This document shows, one piece after another, positions 31,845 through 34,179 of a stretch of DNA of 34,179 nt (within the stretch, counting starts at the first letter, position 1; the number at the start of each line of letters is the position of its first letter). The notes beneath the pieces were generated by a model, which saw only the letters and a program-made list of their open reading frames with translations, was not told where the DNA came from and did not search any database. The translations under genes were made by a program, and so were the position numbers. Origin of the DNA: Chiloscyllium plagiosum (lineage: Eukaryota); contig NC_057756.1 of assembly GCF_004010195.1 (NCBI RefSeq), positions 10,497,299 through 10,531,477 of the forward strand. The letters run 5' to 3'.

Positions 31845-32137
31845 TCCTTATAGCACGGAAGCAGGCCATTCTGCCTCTCAAACTCACACTGAACATCCCA
31901 CCCAATTTCTGTAACCCTGCATTTCATGGCTAATCCACCTAGCCTGCGCATATTTGGACACTATGGGTAATTATATCATGGCCAATCCACCCTAACCTTT
32001 GGAGTGTGGGAGGAAACCCACGCAGGCACAGGGAGAATGTTCAGACTCCTCACAGATAGGTGGCCGAGGCTGGAATTGAACCCAGGTCCCTGGTGCTGGG
32101 AGGGGACAGTGCTAACCACCGAGCCACCGTGCCATCC
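31845..32137 (-). mobile_element. HE1 V-SINE
   Basis: GGGAGGAAACCCACGCAGGCACAGGGAGAATGT...GAATTGAACCCAGGTCCC...GCTAACCACCGAGCCACCGTGCC. Confidence 0.88.
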
Positions 32138-32237
32138 AATATCCACATCCTCAGAACAAGGGTCATTCCAGCTGATGCATCTCGCTGTCTTGGCTGGATT
32201 TACTGGTTAGTTAACTGAGAAATATCCTCTCACTTAC

Positions 32238-32899
32238 AGTCATAGAGATATCCAGCACAGAAACAGACCCTTCAGTCCAAATCGTCCATGCCGACCGGAT
32301 CTCCTAAATTTATCCAGTCCCATTCACCAACACTTGGCCCATATCCCTCTAAACCCTTCCTGTTCATATATCCATCCAGATGCCTTTTAAATATTGCAAT
32401 TGTACCAACCTCCACCACTTCCTCTGGCAGCTCATTCCATACACGTCCCACCCCCTGGGTGAAAATGTTGCCCCTCAGGTCCCTTCTAAATCTTTTCCCT
32501 CTCACCCTGAACCTATGCCCTCTAGTTCTGGACTTCCCCTCCTGACACTTCCCCTCCTGGACTTCCCCTCAGTCTCCGACACTCCAGCGAAAACATCCTC
32601 TCCCTGCAGTTCCAACCCTCCAACCCTGGCAACGTCCTTGTCAATCTATTCTGAACCTTTTCAAGTTGCACAACATCTTCCCTGCAGCAGGCAGACCAGA
32701 ATTGAACACAGTATTCCAAATATGGCTGAACTTATGTCCTGTACAGCCGCAGCATGACCTCCCAACTCTTATACTCAATGTATTGACCAATAAAGGAAAG
32801 CATACCAATCGCCTTCTTCACTATCCTGTCTACCTTCCACTTTCAAGGAGCTATGAACCTGCACTCCAAGCTCTCTTTGTTCAGCAACACTCCCCAGGA
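32238..32899 (-). mobile_element. HER1 LINE 3' fragment with internal deletion
   Basis: EYCVQFWSACCREDVVQLEKVQNRLTRTLPGLEG; RGKRFRRDLRGNIFTQGVGRVWNELPEEVV. Confidence 0.92.
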
Positions 32900-33261
32900 A
32901 TTTGCCGTTACCAGGGCCTCACTTGATTGTCTGACAGGTTTACCAAGTGTGCAGCCGCTCTGGCTAATCTGAAAGCTGTACCTTCACAGACAGGCTGCAT
33001 GTTTATGAGCTTGAGTATACTTCCTTTTCATGCCCTTGTCCTCAGGAGGTGGTAGTATTGGCCAGAAAGTCCTTCACCACTTGCCCAGGCTGAGACCTTG
33101 ATGGTGGGCCGTCTTGGTTACTAATGGGACTCAGTCAGGCCCCTCTGAGGGCAGTACCCACAATGTCAAGCAGGACCTCATGTCACAGCAGAAGGGTTGG
33201 CAGTTCCAATCGAAACTGGGGCATAATCTGAACCTTCAAGGACAATACCTGACAGAATGTG

Positions 33262-33572
33262 GGGAGGTGATGGCCTTGCAATATTACCGCTAAATGATTA
33301 GTCCAGCGACCCAGCTAAAGTTGCAGGTTTGAATCCCACCAGGCCAGATGATGGAGTTTGACTTTAATTTTAAAACAAAAAATCTGGACTTATAAAAGAG
33401 TGCAATGATGACCATGAAACCACTGAGGATGGTCGGAAAGAAACCCATCTGGGTTCAGTCATGTCCTTTTGGGAAGGAAACTACCATCCTTACCTGGTCT
33501 GAGCCGACACGTGACTCATAGCAATGTTGGTGACTCTTAACTGCTTCCTGGGGAATTGGGAATGGGCAATAA
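33262..33572 (+). mobile_element. Shark tRNA-derived SINE (SacSINE1-like)
   Basis: B-box-like GGTTTGAATCCC; body GATGACCATGAAACC...CCCATCTGGGTTCA...GGAAGGAAACT..CATCCTTACCTGGTCTG. Confidence 0.65.
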
Positions 33573-33782
33573 CTAAAACGCATGTTACAGCATCATTCTG
33601 TGTCCATTGCAAGAGGTGGGATTTTATTAAACTCTGCATCATAATTTATCTTAAAATCCCAAGGGAGCTTGTACAGTTTCTGGCAAGCAATGATATTCAG
33701 AAAAGATACCTATGTTATCAGCAGCCATCTCTAAGATCGGAACTTCGTTAACTTTCTGTTAATGGTTCAATGTTCATTACAG

Positions 33783-33838
33783 ACAAGAATGGAGCTACAA
33801 ATGATTCTTCAATTTTAACATTAAAAAACTACCTTTAA
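33783..33838 (+). CDS. Candidate terminal coding exon: (N)KNGATNDSSILTLKNYL*
   Basis: Acceptor ttcaatgttcattacag|; in phase with the 31547-31591 exon; TAA at 33836-33838. Confidence 0.4.
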
Positions 33839-33851
33839 CAGTGGGAGATTC

Positions 33852-34179
33852 TATAAGACCATAAGATCATACGACATAGGAGCGGATGTAAGGCCATTCG
33901 GCCCATCGAGTCCACTCCGCCATTCGATCATGGCTGATGAGCATTTCAACTCCATTTACCCGCATTCTCCCCGTAGCCCTTAATTCCTTGTGACATCAAG
34001 AATTTATCAATTTCTGCTTTGAAGACATTTAGCGTCCCAGCCTCCACTGCACTCTGCGGCAATGAATTCCACAGGCCCACCATTCTCTGGCTGAAGAAAT
34101 GTCTCCGCATTTCTGTTCTGAATTTACCCCCTCTAATTCTAAGGCTGTGTCCACGGGTCCTAATCTCCTCGCCAAACGG
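33852..34179 (-). mobile_element. CR1 LINE 3' end, CpG-retaining (probably young); continues beyond the window edge
   Basis: (cataaga)n tail; GAATTCCACAGGCCCACCATTCTCTGGCTGAAGAAATGTCTCCGCAT reads MRRHFFSQRMVGLWNS on the minus strand. Confidence 0.9.

Overview
Eukaryotic genomic DNA. The repeat content (HER1/CR1 LINEs, HE1 V-SINEs, Penelope-derived palindromes) points to an elasmobranch (shark). Most of the window is decayed mobile DNA: CR1/HER1 and Rex1/Babar LINE fragments, SINEs, two MITEs, a solo LTR with a 4-bp TSD and a SINE-derived minisatellite. There are three N gaps (9432-9515, 11723-12222, 28131-28152). Main non-routine content: (1) four phase-compatible minus-strand exons (21590 to 15098) encoding an Ig domain, a stalk/TM segment and cytoplasmic tail of a CD2/SLAM/CEACAM/HEPACAM-like receptor, with no leader or V exon visible; (2) a 5'-truncated R2-clade retrotransposon (uninterrupted restriction-like endonuclease C-terminus plus 3'UTR, 9516-10089) outside any visible 28S rDNA and flanked by a >=455-bp direct repeat; (3) a candidate plus-strand exon (4266-4372) encoding a cationic four-cysteine peptide resembling LEAP2; (4) three candidate plus-strand small exons (28965-33838); (5) an inverted ~1.3-kb duplication (12223-13495 vs 24415-25688). 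All calls come from manual reading, repeat boundaries are approximate, and no database search was run.
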